Positions 36,701 through 48,490 are shown, counted from the first letter of the whole stretch. The stretch: DNA of 53,816 bases, filler included, from Squatina squatina (GCA_031763465.1; 3 parts of 3 records of this genome joined end to end with filler, not necessarily neighbours in it); one strand, 5' to 3'. Notes: generated by a model from the sequence alone, not told the origin. Made by a program: numbers and translations.

Positions 36701-38289
36701 TTGTATATTACATAGTATAATGCTCCTATCATTATAAAACAGCATTGCCCCCATCTTAGCATAAACAACTGCACAGGAGATCTGCCAATCTTTTATTTAA
36801 AAAGTTTCATTCCTCCTTGGGTCATATTCATGAAAGAGCTTGGAACCAACTCAATAATCTACCTCACTGACGATCAAACCTTATGCCAATGACTGAATGT
36901 TTTCAACGTGATGGTAATGTCTTGACTAATTAATTAACAAAATCCAGAAACAAGTGTGGCCCCATTTAAAACTAGGTGACACCCTGTTCACATAATACGA
37001 TTCCTAAATATGAGGTAGCCTCTTAAAACTGCATTCAAATCCCCAAAGCAATTATTTGGCTACATCATCCAATAAAATTTGGAGCGTCGTATATTCATCT
37101 AAAGGCACATTCATTTCAGAATTAACTGGCGATTTAGTCAACTAGAAACAATCCCTCTGAGAAAAAAAAGCCGATACACGGTGCGACATATCTAAACATG
37201 AGTTTTAGCACAGTAATGCGATAAAAGGATTAGCTAACATGGATTAGCAGATTATGTGAATTTGGAACATCTTGGTAAACTGACATCTTGACACGCTCAG
37301 TACCTCACCATTCTAGTTGATGTCTGTATGTGCACACAAGTCTGCTTTTATTACATTTCTAAGTATTATCATGTTTTTTCCTCTTATTGTTTCTTTAGAT
37401 TTATTGATGAGCTAATTTTCATAATATTTTCTCTGGGAAAATATATGCTGCTGAAAGCTGATGAATGCTAAAACATAATGGGTGTGCACTGAAGTATTAG
37501 AAAGCTGTTTTAGAAGATTTTATATATAATCTGTAACATTCCAAGGGTTTAAGTCAGTATTTCAGTTTAATGAGTGATAATTTACTAGTTATCTCCTCAA
37601 CAGGATATTATATTTAAGTACCACAGATAGAATGGCTGCTTCCCAGGTTTTTAGAACTCTACATTGAAACTAACCTACTTCTAGAATATGTTCTGTACAA
37701 GCATGCTACCTTCCTCTGCAAGTATTAAACATATAGCTCTATCTGCCAATTCAATATGCATTAAGCAGAGAGAGGCCGTGTTACAGAATAAAATATTGTT
37801 ATCCACCTCCTCCTACTGCGATTGTAAAGTATCCATGTTTGTTGATAGAATTTCAGGTAGCCAGTGCAATATTAGCATACGAATGTCTGAAAAGGTTCTT
37901 ACAAAATCCCTCTTAAAGTGAACAAATTGACAAAGGAATTTCATACAAACACGTTTGGATGCTAAGATGACACGGACGATTTTAGTCCTTTGAGATTACA
38001 AAGTAAAATTTATAGGAAAATCCGAGCTGATTTGGGACTTTGTGCTGACATTAGGGAGCTTAACTCACTTGAACATAATGTACTGGCTTTTTCAACTTGA
38101 GTTCTGGCAAATTTGGAAAATCAGCCCTAATGTTCAATTGTAACCATATTAAGTTCCAATTTACACCGCCCATTATCGATGATATCAGAATTCATGCATT
38201 TAATTTATTTTTAGTACATTGAACATATAGGGTTGCATGTGCAGATTTGTTACTTGAGAAGCATTTTACTGGCTTTCCAAATTGGTGAA

Positions 38290-38621
38290 AAGTACAATGG
38301 AGCTGAAAATGCGGTCGGAGCCTTCCCGCGGACGCAGGCCTCTGGCCGGTAAGATCCATACGAACTTACCTGGTGGAGCTGCAAAAACTTGCGTTCTTCT
38401 TCCTCTACAGGTAGGCAGTCGCAGTGGCCCTGGGATCTCTCCCGTGTATGCGGATCTCTGCCATACATGGAGATCAGCAGAAGTATGAATGGGAGATAGT
38501 AAAACTGCACAAACACTTAAAAATACATTTAAAAAACTACTGGAACATTAAAATTTAATAAAATTATATACAATTAGAAAAATACAAAAAGATTTGAATT
38601 TTCTTTGAATCTTTTAAAATG
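38290..38621 (+). repeat. Interspersed repeat family, copy 2 (internal deletion relative to copy 1)
   Basis: Aligns by eye with ~26520-26854 but lacks the CCAAT-containing segment between two GATC motifs. Confidence 0.8.
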
Positions 38622-38721
38622 NNNNNNNNNNNNNNNNNNNNNNNNNNNNNNNNNNNNNNNNNNNNTTAATTAATTAANNNNNNNNNNNNNNNNNNNNNNN
38701 NNNNNNNNNNNNNNNNNNNNN
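38622..38721. other. Artificial scaffold linker (44N-TTAATTAATTAA-44N)
   Basis: Identical structure to 20003-20102. Confidence 0.95.
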
Positions 38722-38794
38722 GTGAGATCACCACCCGAGATCTCTCTACCCTTCCAAACCTTGATGTGAGTAACATAGATTTATTAATATCTCT

Positions 38795-39020
38795 AACCCT
38801 CAATCGTATTGATCCACATCCTTCTTAAAGATGTCCATTGATCCCAAACTAGCTACATTTTCTGATTGTCTGTTGTACATGTTCATTATTCTGTAGAGAA
38901 AAAATTCTTCTCCCTTCCAGTGTTGCATGAGTTTTAACATTGTGTTCATTTGAGTTCTGTAGATGCTGCCCAACTTAAATAGCTCGCTGATTTTTCTCTT
39001 TCTTGTACTTATCAGTACCA
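38795..39020 (-). mobile_element. Old CR1 LINE 3' fragment
   Basis: EFFLYRIMNMYNRQSENVASLGSMDIFKKDVDQY resembles the CR1 C-terminus FFTQRVVNxWNxLP..V....FKxxLD. Confidence 0.65.
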
Positions 39021-39069
39021 TTTTTATTATTCTAAAGAACTGTATTGTACCTCCTGTCTTTATTCATTT

Positions 39070-39247
39070 AACATTTTGCCTGTAAGCACCAGTTAGTCAC
39101 CTTGGTAACAAAAGGGGTAATTTTTAAACTAACCTGTGGGGTCCAGTGGAACACTGGTTTTACACCTCACCCAATATTATCCCCATTGACTTCAATGTGG
39201 CCCGTTTGTTACCAAGGTGACTAACTGGTGCTTACAGGCAAAATGTT
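39070..39247. repeat. Perfect 43-bp inverted repeat enclosing a half-MITE
   Basis: 39070-39112 AACATTTTGCCTGTAAGCACCAGTTAGTCACCTTGGTAACAAA is the exact reverse complement of 39205-39247. Confidence 0.95.
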
Positions 39248-39685
39248 TGACAGCTGACCCTGAACCTGGCCTCTCCTGGCACCCACACTTTCCAGCAGGG
39301 TAGCAGGAATCTTGCTGACTTTTTTTTCACCTCGCTGTCCTTTGCTGAGACCTTTTTTTTTATAATCAGCTTGGGGATCAAGCCTGGGCCTTTTCCTAGG
39401 CTTTCTCACTCTCTCGGCTTATTGCTATGCCATGTGATGCCATTCCCCATTGGTGGAGCTCTTGAAATTCTCCAAGGTGAGCTGAATAGTGGCTTAAACT
39501 TCAATTTATTTGTCTTCCAGCAAAGTGGGGCCTTTGTCTATGGCTCCATGAGTTTCACAGATAAAGTAGCCAATGGTCTTGGTGTNNNNNNNNNNNNNNN
39601 NNNNNNNNNNNNNNNNNNNNNNNNNNNNNNNNNNNNNNNNNNNNNNNNNNNNNNNNNNNNNNNNNNNNNNNNNNNNNNNNNNNNN

Positions 39686-39790
39686 AGTGGAGTTGAGGGA
39701 GAAGATCGGCCATGATCTTGTTGAATGGCGAGCAGGCTCGAGGGGCCGAATGGCCTCCTCCTGCTCCTAGTTCTTGTGTTCTTATGTCTG
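39686..39790 (+). mobile_element. CR1 LINE 3'UTR/tail
   Basis: GATCGGCCATGATCTTGTTGAATGGCGAGCAGGCTCGAGGGGCCGAATGGCCTCCTCCTGCTCCT plus a TTCTTRTG repeat tail. Confidence 0.85.
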
Positions 39791-40596
39791 TCGCGCACAT
39801 ATAATGTAGCGTCTGAAGGGTTACAAAAAAATGTCTTTAATCTCAGTTTGCATGTCCAACTGCAGCTCCAGAGCCCAGCTTTTAAGCATTTTTTATTTCA
39901 GTTTTGTCAGCAGATAAATCTTTTGAGACAACTGTTTGCAATTTACCATTTTAAATTCAAGTGGCAGCAATTGGAGGCCATTTGAGGCTGGAACCTCTGC
40001 CTGCTCCATGGATGTGTCCCACTTTCATGGGATGAAAGGTATTTCCATACTTGAGGTGGGTGCCAGCACCATTTAACGTGCAACTGGGGCGCCCAACTCA
40101 GGGAGGCGTTGGGAACCTGCTGTGGTATCTTGTCCTGGTGTAAGACTATTGCTGAACCACATGATCAATTTTTAATTTATAAAAAAAAAACTTTTTTAAA
40201 GCACCCATATTAAAATCGGCTAGTTTCCCTCCTGCAGTTGATTGCTCTGCATTCCCTGCAACCAGCATAGCTTGGGGCACAAATGGAGGCAAATCTTGCT
40301 TGGCCTCATAATACATCTGCCCATATGTGAGCTGGAATATTATCTGGCTGCCTCTAAATGCCATGAAAATCCCAACTGGCCAAAATAGGGAAAAGTACAT
40401 GTCGTCATCATTTCTGCTCCTGTCCACCCAGATTACAGTTTTTGCACCAAATTCACGACCAACTACACTCTGACTGACTGTTTTATCCACAATTTACAAT
40501 TGTTACGCATAGTTCGTCTAAACATCTGCCTCTGAGACACATCAAATAAAATAATATCTCTGATCTAACTAGGATTGTGGTTTTTTTTTTTTTAAG

Positions 40597-40666
40597 ATTA
40601 TCAAGTCAAATGCCACGTTCCACAAACAGTTTAAAGACATTGCTGAGAATGAAAATGTGATTGACA
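40597..40666 (+). CDS. GRAMD2-family gene, GRAM-domain exon A
   Basis: Poly-T/TAAG acceptor, GTAAGT donor, phase 0 to 1; encodes IIKSNATFHKQFKDIAENENVID. Confidence 0.85.
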
Positions 40667-40950
40667 GTAAGTTTCTATGTCGGGGCGGATATGTGTCTGC
40701 ATGCTGTTGTTAATGTTCTGTAATATCTGTCTCCTAGCTTTGTAGAAGATCATTTCCCATAACGGGGAGTGGAAAGATTTTTTCCCGAACCGTTTGTTTT
40801 TGAATTGTATTAGTATCGACTTTACTAAAATTGAGATGCAATTAAAGATAATTTTCTCAGATCTGGATGGAACATCTATGATCTTTGCACTCTAGATTCT
40901 GAAGGTCTTTATCTTGTTTAGTTATGTAATCAGGCCCTATTTTCCAATAG

Positions 40951-41051
40951 GTTTCAAATGTGCCTTGCATAAGGAAGTCCCGTACCATGGCAAGATGTAT
41001 GTGTCGGATAACTATATCTGTTTCTACAGCAGCATTTTAAAAGAAACCAAG
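40951..41051 (+). CDS. GRAMD2-family gene, GRAM-domain exon B
   Basis: CAATAG acceptor, GTATAT donor, phase 1 to 0; encodes (S)FKCALHKEVPYHGKMYVSDNYICFYSSILKETK, the GRAM signature FxCAL..GxxYxSxNxICF. Confidence 0.9.
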
Positions 41052-41084
41052 GTATATCTGTTTTTAAAAGTTTTGTTTTGAATT

Positions 41085-41303
41085 TCAAATTTTTTTTTGT
41101 ATGATTTATCTGATTTTTCTTAAATTTTAATGCTACAATCATTTTTTAAATGTTTTTTGTGCAGTTTTGTATCGCTCATTCAAGCTTTGACAGATCTGTC
41201 ATATCTGTCAAAACTTGAATGAGAGATACTCCTACCTGATTGGTTGGGGCCTCCCATGTGACCTCTGCACAGGCTGCCCACGAAACTAGAGAGCTCCGAT
41301 GCA
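41085..41303 (-). repeat. Interspersed repeat family, copy 3 (intronic)
   Basis: Reverse complement shares GGGAGGCCCCAACCAATCAGGTAGGAGTATC and AAAACTGCACAAA..TTTAAAAA with copy 1. Confidence 0.75.
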
Positions 41304-41760
41304 NNNNNNNNNNNNNNNNNNNNNNNNNNNNNNNNNNNNNNNNNNNNNNNNNNNNNNNNNNNNNNNNNNNNNNNNNNNNNNNNNNNNNNNNNNNNNNNNN
41401 NNNATAAATAATGGCCACAGCAATGGGGAACAAATATCTTGATCATGGTTGCAGCACTAGTTGAATCTGATATCTATTTGTGTAATGCAATTCCCCATTC
41501 TTAATTCGGCTTTAAGAGAGATGCCTCATGGAGCAAGAGCATTCAACTTCTTTGGGAGAAGGGGAAGTTTCTACTCCACCAGCATTTGCTGAATTAGTAA
41601 ATGAGGTACCCTGATCCCTTTGTTCACTCATTTAAAGGAAGGCTACACAGAAACAAGACGTGATGCTAAAGGAGAATCACATCTGATGGAGAATGGCATA
41701 AAGTGGGTAAAGTAGCAGAATAAGGATCATTAAATTTTTTCCTTCTGTCTCTATGTGCAG

Positions 41761-41859
41761 CTTGTTGTTCCTGTCCAGGCAGTGGCTGTGTTGAAGAAGC
41801 AGAACACAGCCCTTCTTGTCCCCAATGCCCTGTGTATCAAGACCACAGAAGGAGAGAAG
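41761..41859 (+). CDS. GRAMD2-family gene, GRAM-domain exon C (GC donor)
   Basis: TGTGCAG acceptor; LVVPVQAVAVLKKQNTALLVPNALCIKTTEGEK (99 nt, phase 0 to 0), ending AAG|GCAAGT. Compare recalled GRAMD2B KKTKTALLVPNAL. Confidence 0.88.
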
Positions 41860-42512
41860 GCAAGTTTCGTTTTCTCTGATTCCATTCATTCATACTTTTT
41901 GAGCGGAAGGAGTAATGTTGAAAGGAACAAAGATCGCATGAAATTTCCCAGCTCTCTACAGCATCTTATTTGAAATGATTTTTAAGTATCAAACTTTATT
42001 ATATAAAAGTAGGCTTGAGATGGTTTTTTTTGTCACTTCTTCTCATAACTTAGAATTCTGTTGATTTGAGTTTTTAAAAAAAAAAACAAATCTGCAAATG
42101 CTAGAAATCTGAATTAAAAACCATCTGCATCAGAAAGAAAGCAAGATGTTTCCGGTTCTGATGAAAAGAACAGTCTGAAATGTTACCTCTCTTTCTGTTT
42201 TGGATATAGATGAATCCATTGTGCATTTCTAGCATTTTGAAGGTAAACTTACACGACAGCAGTAGAATCAATGAGGAATGGTTTGCTTAACACCATTACT
42301 GCAGCCTNNNNNNNNNNNNNNNNNNNNNNNNNNNNNNNNNNNNNNNNNNNNNNNNNNNNNNNNNNNNNNNNNNNNNNNNNNNNNNNNNNNNNNNNNNNNN
42401 NNNNNNNGGAAAGGGAAACGAGTTGCAAGATTGTAGACCAGAATGTGACTTTATTTCCCTGCTTGTCTTCACCTCAGTGTGTCATGTGGGCTTGTGGCAG
42501 AACACTGCTCCC

Positions 42513-42559
42513 TGACGTCAGAGGGGCCCCAGGCCAAGTTAAAGAGCCAAGATGGCGGC
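42513..42559 (+). promoter_or_regulatory. REXO1 promoter elements: CRE and YY1 motifs
   Basis: TGACGTCA at 42513-42520 and CAAGATGGCGGC at 42548-42559, at the edge of the CpG-rich first exon. Confidence 0.7.
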
Positions 42560-42762
42560 GGCCGTTGAGTTGGGAGAGAGGGAGTCTACCGGAGCCCGCT
42601 CGGGGGACTGAAGGCCTTGGCTTTTTTTTTTAACCCCGCCCCTCCTTTCCATCTTGCTATTGTACTTTGTTATTTCTTTTTGTTTCCCCTGCCCCCTCCT
42701 CCTCCTCCCGTTATTCTCTCGGGGATTATGCCTTTTTGTCGAGGCCGGGACCCGAGTGCAGA

Positions 42763-42928
42763 ATGCTGCGTTCCACCGAGTTTTTCCGCAGCATCGAGTG
42801 TCCGTTTTACGGCGGTGGCGATGGCGACGGCGACTTGTGTAACCGGCCCTACTGTCACTTCAGGCACCGCAGCCAGAAGCCGAGGGAGAAGCCGCCGGCC
42901 GACGGGCAGCCTCTAGCAGCCGACCGAG
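42763..42928 (+). CDS. REXO1: REXO1 coding exon 1
   Basis: [16 protein letters not shown]...[10 protein letters not shown] matches the recalled REXO1 N-terminal C3H motif ([25 protein letters not shown]). GTGAGT donor at 42929, phase 1. Confidence 0.95.
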
Positions 42929-43461
42929 GTGAGTCGTGAGAAGGAGGGGGTGGATAATAAGGAGGATTAAGTCCTATCGACCTAGGTAGCCTAGAATCTC
43001 CAGTTGNNNNNNNNNNNNNNNNNNNNNNNNNNNNNNNNNNNNNNNNNNNNNNNNNNNNNNNNNNNNNNNNNNNNNNNNNNNNNNNNNNNNNNNNNNNNNN
43101 NNNNNNATTTGATTCTGACTTTAGAAGGACTATTGACACCAGTTTCCTTTTCTCTTCATGCCATGCTCATTCTAATTGTAAAAAGTTATTTTATAGTATG
43201 GCTTTGTTAAGGAAGTACTTGGAGAGTAAAGAAAAAGAAGAGCAAGAAATTGAAATTGTAGATACCTTGCCATGTGCAAGTGTACTTTTGTCAGCTGAGC
43301 TTTGGATTCATTTTGAGTTAATAGTTTATATTGGTGGTACTGGCTATAGAAACTTTAAAAGGAAAAAACTATTTGTGTAGGAGTTTAATTCAACAATTTT
43401 GTAGATCCATTTGAACCTTTTATTTAATATTTACAGTGCTTTAATGTCTGTCTTTCTTTAG

Positions 43462-45356
43462 AACATGGTTATGATCCTTATAATCCTGAGCTTCCTAAGG
43501 GTTCATCCAGAAATGGAGACAAGACGTCAGATGATTTTTCAGAATCCAGTTCCAGTACGCTGGAGTTGGAGCTGGTCAACAAAGCCATTGAAGCAGTCAA
43601 GAATGAGGTTGAACGAGAGCAGAAAAAGCTGTCAAGATATGAGGATTTTCTGGATGCAGAGGAGGAGTATGTCCCTTCAGCACCATCTACACAGAAGGCA
43701 CTTTGCAAGACTAAGAGTTGTACAGAGCTTTTACCGAATCAGGCTAAGTTGATAAACTCTTTAGAATATAATCCAGATAGTTACCACCTAAATAGTAGTG
43801 TAGAGTACACCCCTACTCCACTTTCAGCTACTGCTTGCTCCAGTAAATATACTTTGGATACAGATGATGAAGCTGATGCAAAGGGTAATTCATTAAAATA
43901 TGTCCCAACGCTTGTGACTAAGCCAGTCAAATATACTACCTCTGTACCCAGTAATAAATATGTGATTGACAACACCAAGCCATGCACTGATTTAGAGTAT
44001 GATCCTTTGTTGAACTATTCAGCACGGCTGATGAACAAAAAAAAGACAAAGGAACATGGGACCAAGAGGCCCAGAGAGAACTGCTCTGATGAGCCTTATA
44101 TACCTACAGCAAAGAAGCGTTGCCATCGAGTGAACTCCAGCACCCATGATGTGGACATGGAGTTCCCAGCCTCTGGGGATGAACTTAATAATAACTATCC
44201 ACAAAGTCGTGGGGGCCATTCAAAGTTTCAAAATGCAGTGTTTGGTGAGAATAAGTCGGATGAAGGATTGTCTCTAAAGGCAAAAGACTTGAATAAGCGG
44301 TCTATGAAAGAGATTGCAGTTCAGTATGATGTAGAAGATGTTTGCAGTTTTGAGAGCAAACAACAGGAGAATAGAGGGAAACAGAAATCCACCAGTCATT
44401 CACCCAAAATTTCAAAATGTAGCAAGGAAGAACTTAAAGAACGAGACTGTAAAGAGAAAAAGGATAAAAGTAGTGACCCAGATGGTTCAAAGATGGTGAG
44501 AAAGGGCAAGATGGACAGCATTAAAAGCAAATCTTCCNNNNNNNNNNNNNNNNNNNNNNNNNNNNNNNNNNNNNNNNNNNNNNNNNNNNNNNNNNNNNNN
44601 NNNNNNNNNNNNNNNNNNNNNNNNNNNNNNNNNNNNNNNNNNNNNNNNNNNNNNNNNNNNNNNNNNNNNNNNNNNNNNNNNNNNNNNNNNNNNNNNNNAC
44701 CCTGAGTGCTGCCCCGACCTGTTAGAGTAAAGTCACAAACTTCAGTCGACGAGGAGAGAAAGTTGGAAAAAGCAAAAATGATTAAATTGGATGGGGTCAA
44801 AAATGAAAACCGATTAAAGTCTAGATTAAACAGTTCATCTGATGGTGTAAGAAAAATCAAATGTCAAGAAGGTAAGATCATAAGTACCCAGAAATCTGAC
44901 ACACATAACTCAAAATCCAAAACATTGATGCATAAAAATGGGGCTCATGTAGGCAGCAGAAGGAAAGATAAGGAGATCAAGGAGTCAAAATCTGTGAAAG
45001 ATAAAGCAAAACATCCAGAAAAAAGAAAAGAGAAGGCGAGCTTAACAAAGCGATCACTCAGTCACACAGACTTGTTTGGTGATGACAGTAGTGATGATGA
45101 AGGTAGCAGTAAACCTGTCGCTGCTGTGACTTATGAGTCGGACTCTGATACTGACCCCGATATCAACAGTGGTTCTAGTGATGATGAAACTAGGAGAAAT
45201 GTTGAACAAAGGGCTTTCTCTTCAGAGGATGAGATTGATTTCCCTGGTCTCGAAAAGGATTTTGAATTTGAATCTGACCCAATGGAGGAATGTCTAAGGA
45301 TTTTCAATGAGTCTAAAGAAGTAAAGAATGAAGATAAGGGCAGAGTTTCGAAGCAG
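43462..45356 (+). CDS. REXO1: REXO1 large coding exon 2 (interrupted by gap 44538-44698)
   Basis: Phase-1 acceptor gives EHGYDPYNPELPK; then LELELVNKAIEAVKNEVE, DLEYDPLLNYSAR, LSHTDLFGD, SDPMEECLRIFNES. GTAAGA donor at 45357. Confidence 0.95.
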
Positions 45357-48159
45357 GTAAGATTTTAATTGTTCTTTAAAATATTTCATTTATTTGAAGC
45401 CAAGTTTGGGATTTTTTGATTTTTTTTTAAAAACCTTCACTTTTCCCTGATGATCTTGTGTTTTGCACCATCTGAGAACACTGATGAAGCAGCTCTGGAG
45501 TACCTATCATTGCCCCTCTGTGTAGTGTAATTGGTTATAATGTGAGTGACCAGGTCCAGATTTTTTTTTTTTGACTGATGTTTTCCACCTGGGGATTCCT
45601 GTGGTCACGTCTCTTTATGCTTTACATGTGATGTGACTCCGATCCTAGCACTGTGTGGCACAATGTTGATATTCCAGCATACTGCACCACTCTACTTTTT
45701 TTGAAATTCAATCGATTTTTCTTTCTTTCCTTCCTTCCATACTAAAAGTGGTCTGTCTGTCTGCCACACTTCTGTCATACTCAACTTTTTGTTACACCTC
45801 CAAAGGAAAGTACTAAGGGATATAAAGGGTCTGTATTCTCTTGCTTGACCTCTGGGACTTTAACCGCAGTGCATCCTCAGATTCACCATAAGCAACATTG
45901 CAGGAACTGCCTGAGTAGTAATTATTATAGAAACTTTACATATGGGTGTCCTTCCTGTCTGCCAGATTTCCACATTACCAAATTTATTGTGATTCATATA
46001 CAGTTGCATTTTAGCAAGCAGAAGGCAAACCAGTCAAGTGACTCAAGTAATTCAGAAATTTTAAATCTGCTTTTCCCCTCTCAACTGCACTTAAAAAAAA
46101 GTAATTTTTAATTTTTTTTTTTAAAGCTTAAAAGCAATAATTCAGCTTACCTGTAATATTGCCCAACTTTGTTTGGTTGAGAGTCAATTTAATATGTTTC
46201 CCCTAAGACCTAACTCTATCAGAAGAATGGGCAGAAGTTTGGCTCCGAGATGTCCGGAGCAGCGCCCTTTTCTCATCCCATCTCCTCACTAGTGCTCAAC
46301 CCAGGGCCACTCTCCCAGTATTGTCATACTCCAAGACAGTTTTTTCACAGTGCTGCCAAACAACAGGAACAAATCCCCACCAGTTGTCTGAAAGCTCAGG
46401 AGAACACCAGTGCTGCTTAGTGTCTGTCGCCTCCAACACACCAGTAAAAATCCCAGAATATCATGTAATAATGCAATTTGACTTATTCAGTTATTGTAAA
46501 ATAGTGGTTCTGGTAATACATCGAGTTGCATAACCCTATTATAAAATAGCATCCTCTGACCTACCATGAGCAAACCCATGGAGATTCAATAGCATCTATA
46601 TATATTAAAAATCTTGCACTTCTTGTCCGCAAATCTTATTTCCTGAATCAACGTTCCAAGCCAACATTTATAATGAGAAAACTGTATGCATGAACATTTC
46701 ACTGTTGTAGTATTGCATCATTCAAAATGTTTTCATTGTTTTCTTCTAACTTAACTTTCTAATGCCAAAAATATGGTTTTAAGCAACAAATTCAAATATT
46801 TTACAAAATAAATGATTGCATTTATTTTGTCTTTAATATCTTTTATTAAAGTTTGTAATTGAAGGCGTCAGCCTTTCCTAAAAGTTTGCGCTTGTACTTA
46901 ATATTTTTGCCAAGAACATTGACTNNNNNNNNNNNNNNNNNNNNNNNNNNNNNNNNNNNNNNNNNNNNNNNNNNNNNNNNNNNNNNNNNNNNNNNNNNNN
47001 NNNNNNNNNNNNNNNNNNNNNNNNGGTCAAGAGTACAGAGCACTGGGTAATTCTTCATTAAAAAAAATGGAAAGTTTTTACATTCACTGATACAAAATGT
47101 GCCCTGTATTGAGTCAGGAATATTGCATCGGTGAGTCAGTGATTTTCATAAGCTATATTAGTCAGTTATTCAGAATACAAAGCTATGTGCTTTAAGCTGT
47201 AAGTGACATTGTGCCCTCAAAGGACTCCCAAGCACTTAAACGATCACTCATCAGCAGCGTCTGAAAGTATGCTTCTCTTTGGATTGTCTGCACTTACTAT
47301 CAACACTTGAGCAGCTGGCAGCTCACTTCACATGTCTGCCATCTTGGATTAACGTGCCTGCAAAGGCTGGTATTGCACCATTTCTCACTGAGCATTGCAA
47401 CAGGCATCTGGGACCTTTTTATCTGCCAATTAGTGTCGCATTTGATTAACAGAGCAGGAATAGTATGGTTGGCGACAGGAAGTCTGAAGTAACTCCCTCC
47501 TGTTATGCCTCCTGGGGGAAGGGGTTTATATATAAAAAAAAATCCAGAACTGCCTTTTTTGTTTACAGTATTTATTTGTGTTTTTATACATGTAAAGATC
47601 TTTCAGAAAAATCACTCCACACCCATTTGTAAATGTTCAATGACCACAATTTGACTTAGTAGCATTTTGACATTTCTTTAAAGTGGCATTCCAAGAAATG
47701 CAGTCATTCTTGCTGCTGAGAATTAGTATGTATGGGTAAGTATAACTCAACAGTGGATTTAAAAAATAAAATGGGAGACGAGGCTCTTCAGTTCAAGGTT
47801 TCAGACACCAGTTCCTGCGCCTCCCCAGGAGTATTCAGCTAATGAAAATACAAAGAAAGATTGCGTGGGCTTGTACACTATAGGCTTATCAATACCATCA
47901 GCAAAAGGTCACAGACCTTACTGTGAGCTTCTATTGAAATCGACAGGCTCAGAGGCAGAGTAGCTTCTGTGCCGGGGTCAGGAAATAAATTATTCTGTAC
48001 ACCCAGCTCCAGGAAACACGCTGCTCGTTGTGGAACTGCAGCAATGTCGAGGAAACGAANNNNNNNNNNNNNNNNNNNNNNNNNNNNNNNNNNNNNNNNN
48101 NNNNNNNNNNNNNNNNNNNNNNNNNNNNNNNNNNNNNNNNNNNNNNNNNNNNNNNNNNN

Positions 48160-48490
48160 GGTGACAGATTCCATATGTATGCCGATAACATCCAGTTCTA
48201 TCTCTCCACTTTTCTCGATCCTATGTCCATCTCCAAGGTGTCAGACTACCTGTTTGATGTTAAGCCATGGATAAGTCACAACATCCTCCAACTGAACTTT
48301 GGGAAGACGAAAGCCATTGTTTTTAGCTCTCGCCATTCTTTATCTTTGACTACATCCTCTTCCCCAATCACCTTTTCAAAACCTTGGTATTAGCTTTGAA
48401 CCCTGCATCGCATCCATTACCAAGATTGCATATTTCTACCTCCACACCCTTGCTACACAACTTTGTCCCCCTCCGCCCTTACCTCAGCCA
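48160..48490 (+). mobile_element. L2 LINE RT fragment
   Basis: FHMYADNIQFYLST...DVKPWISHNILQLNFGKTKAIVF (YADD-type motif region). Confidence 0.85.

Noticed and set aside
44396-44860. Apparent stop and frame change splitting REXO1 into two ORFs, and a minus-strand 154-aa ORF
   Set aside because: The frame change is due to the estimated gap length; the minus ORF is an antisense shadow.
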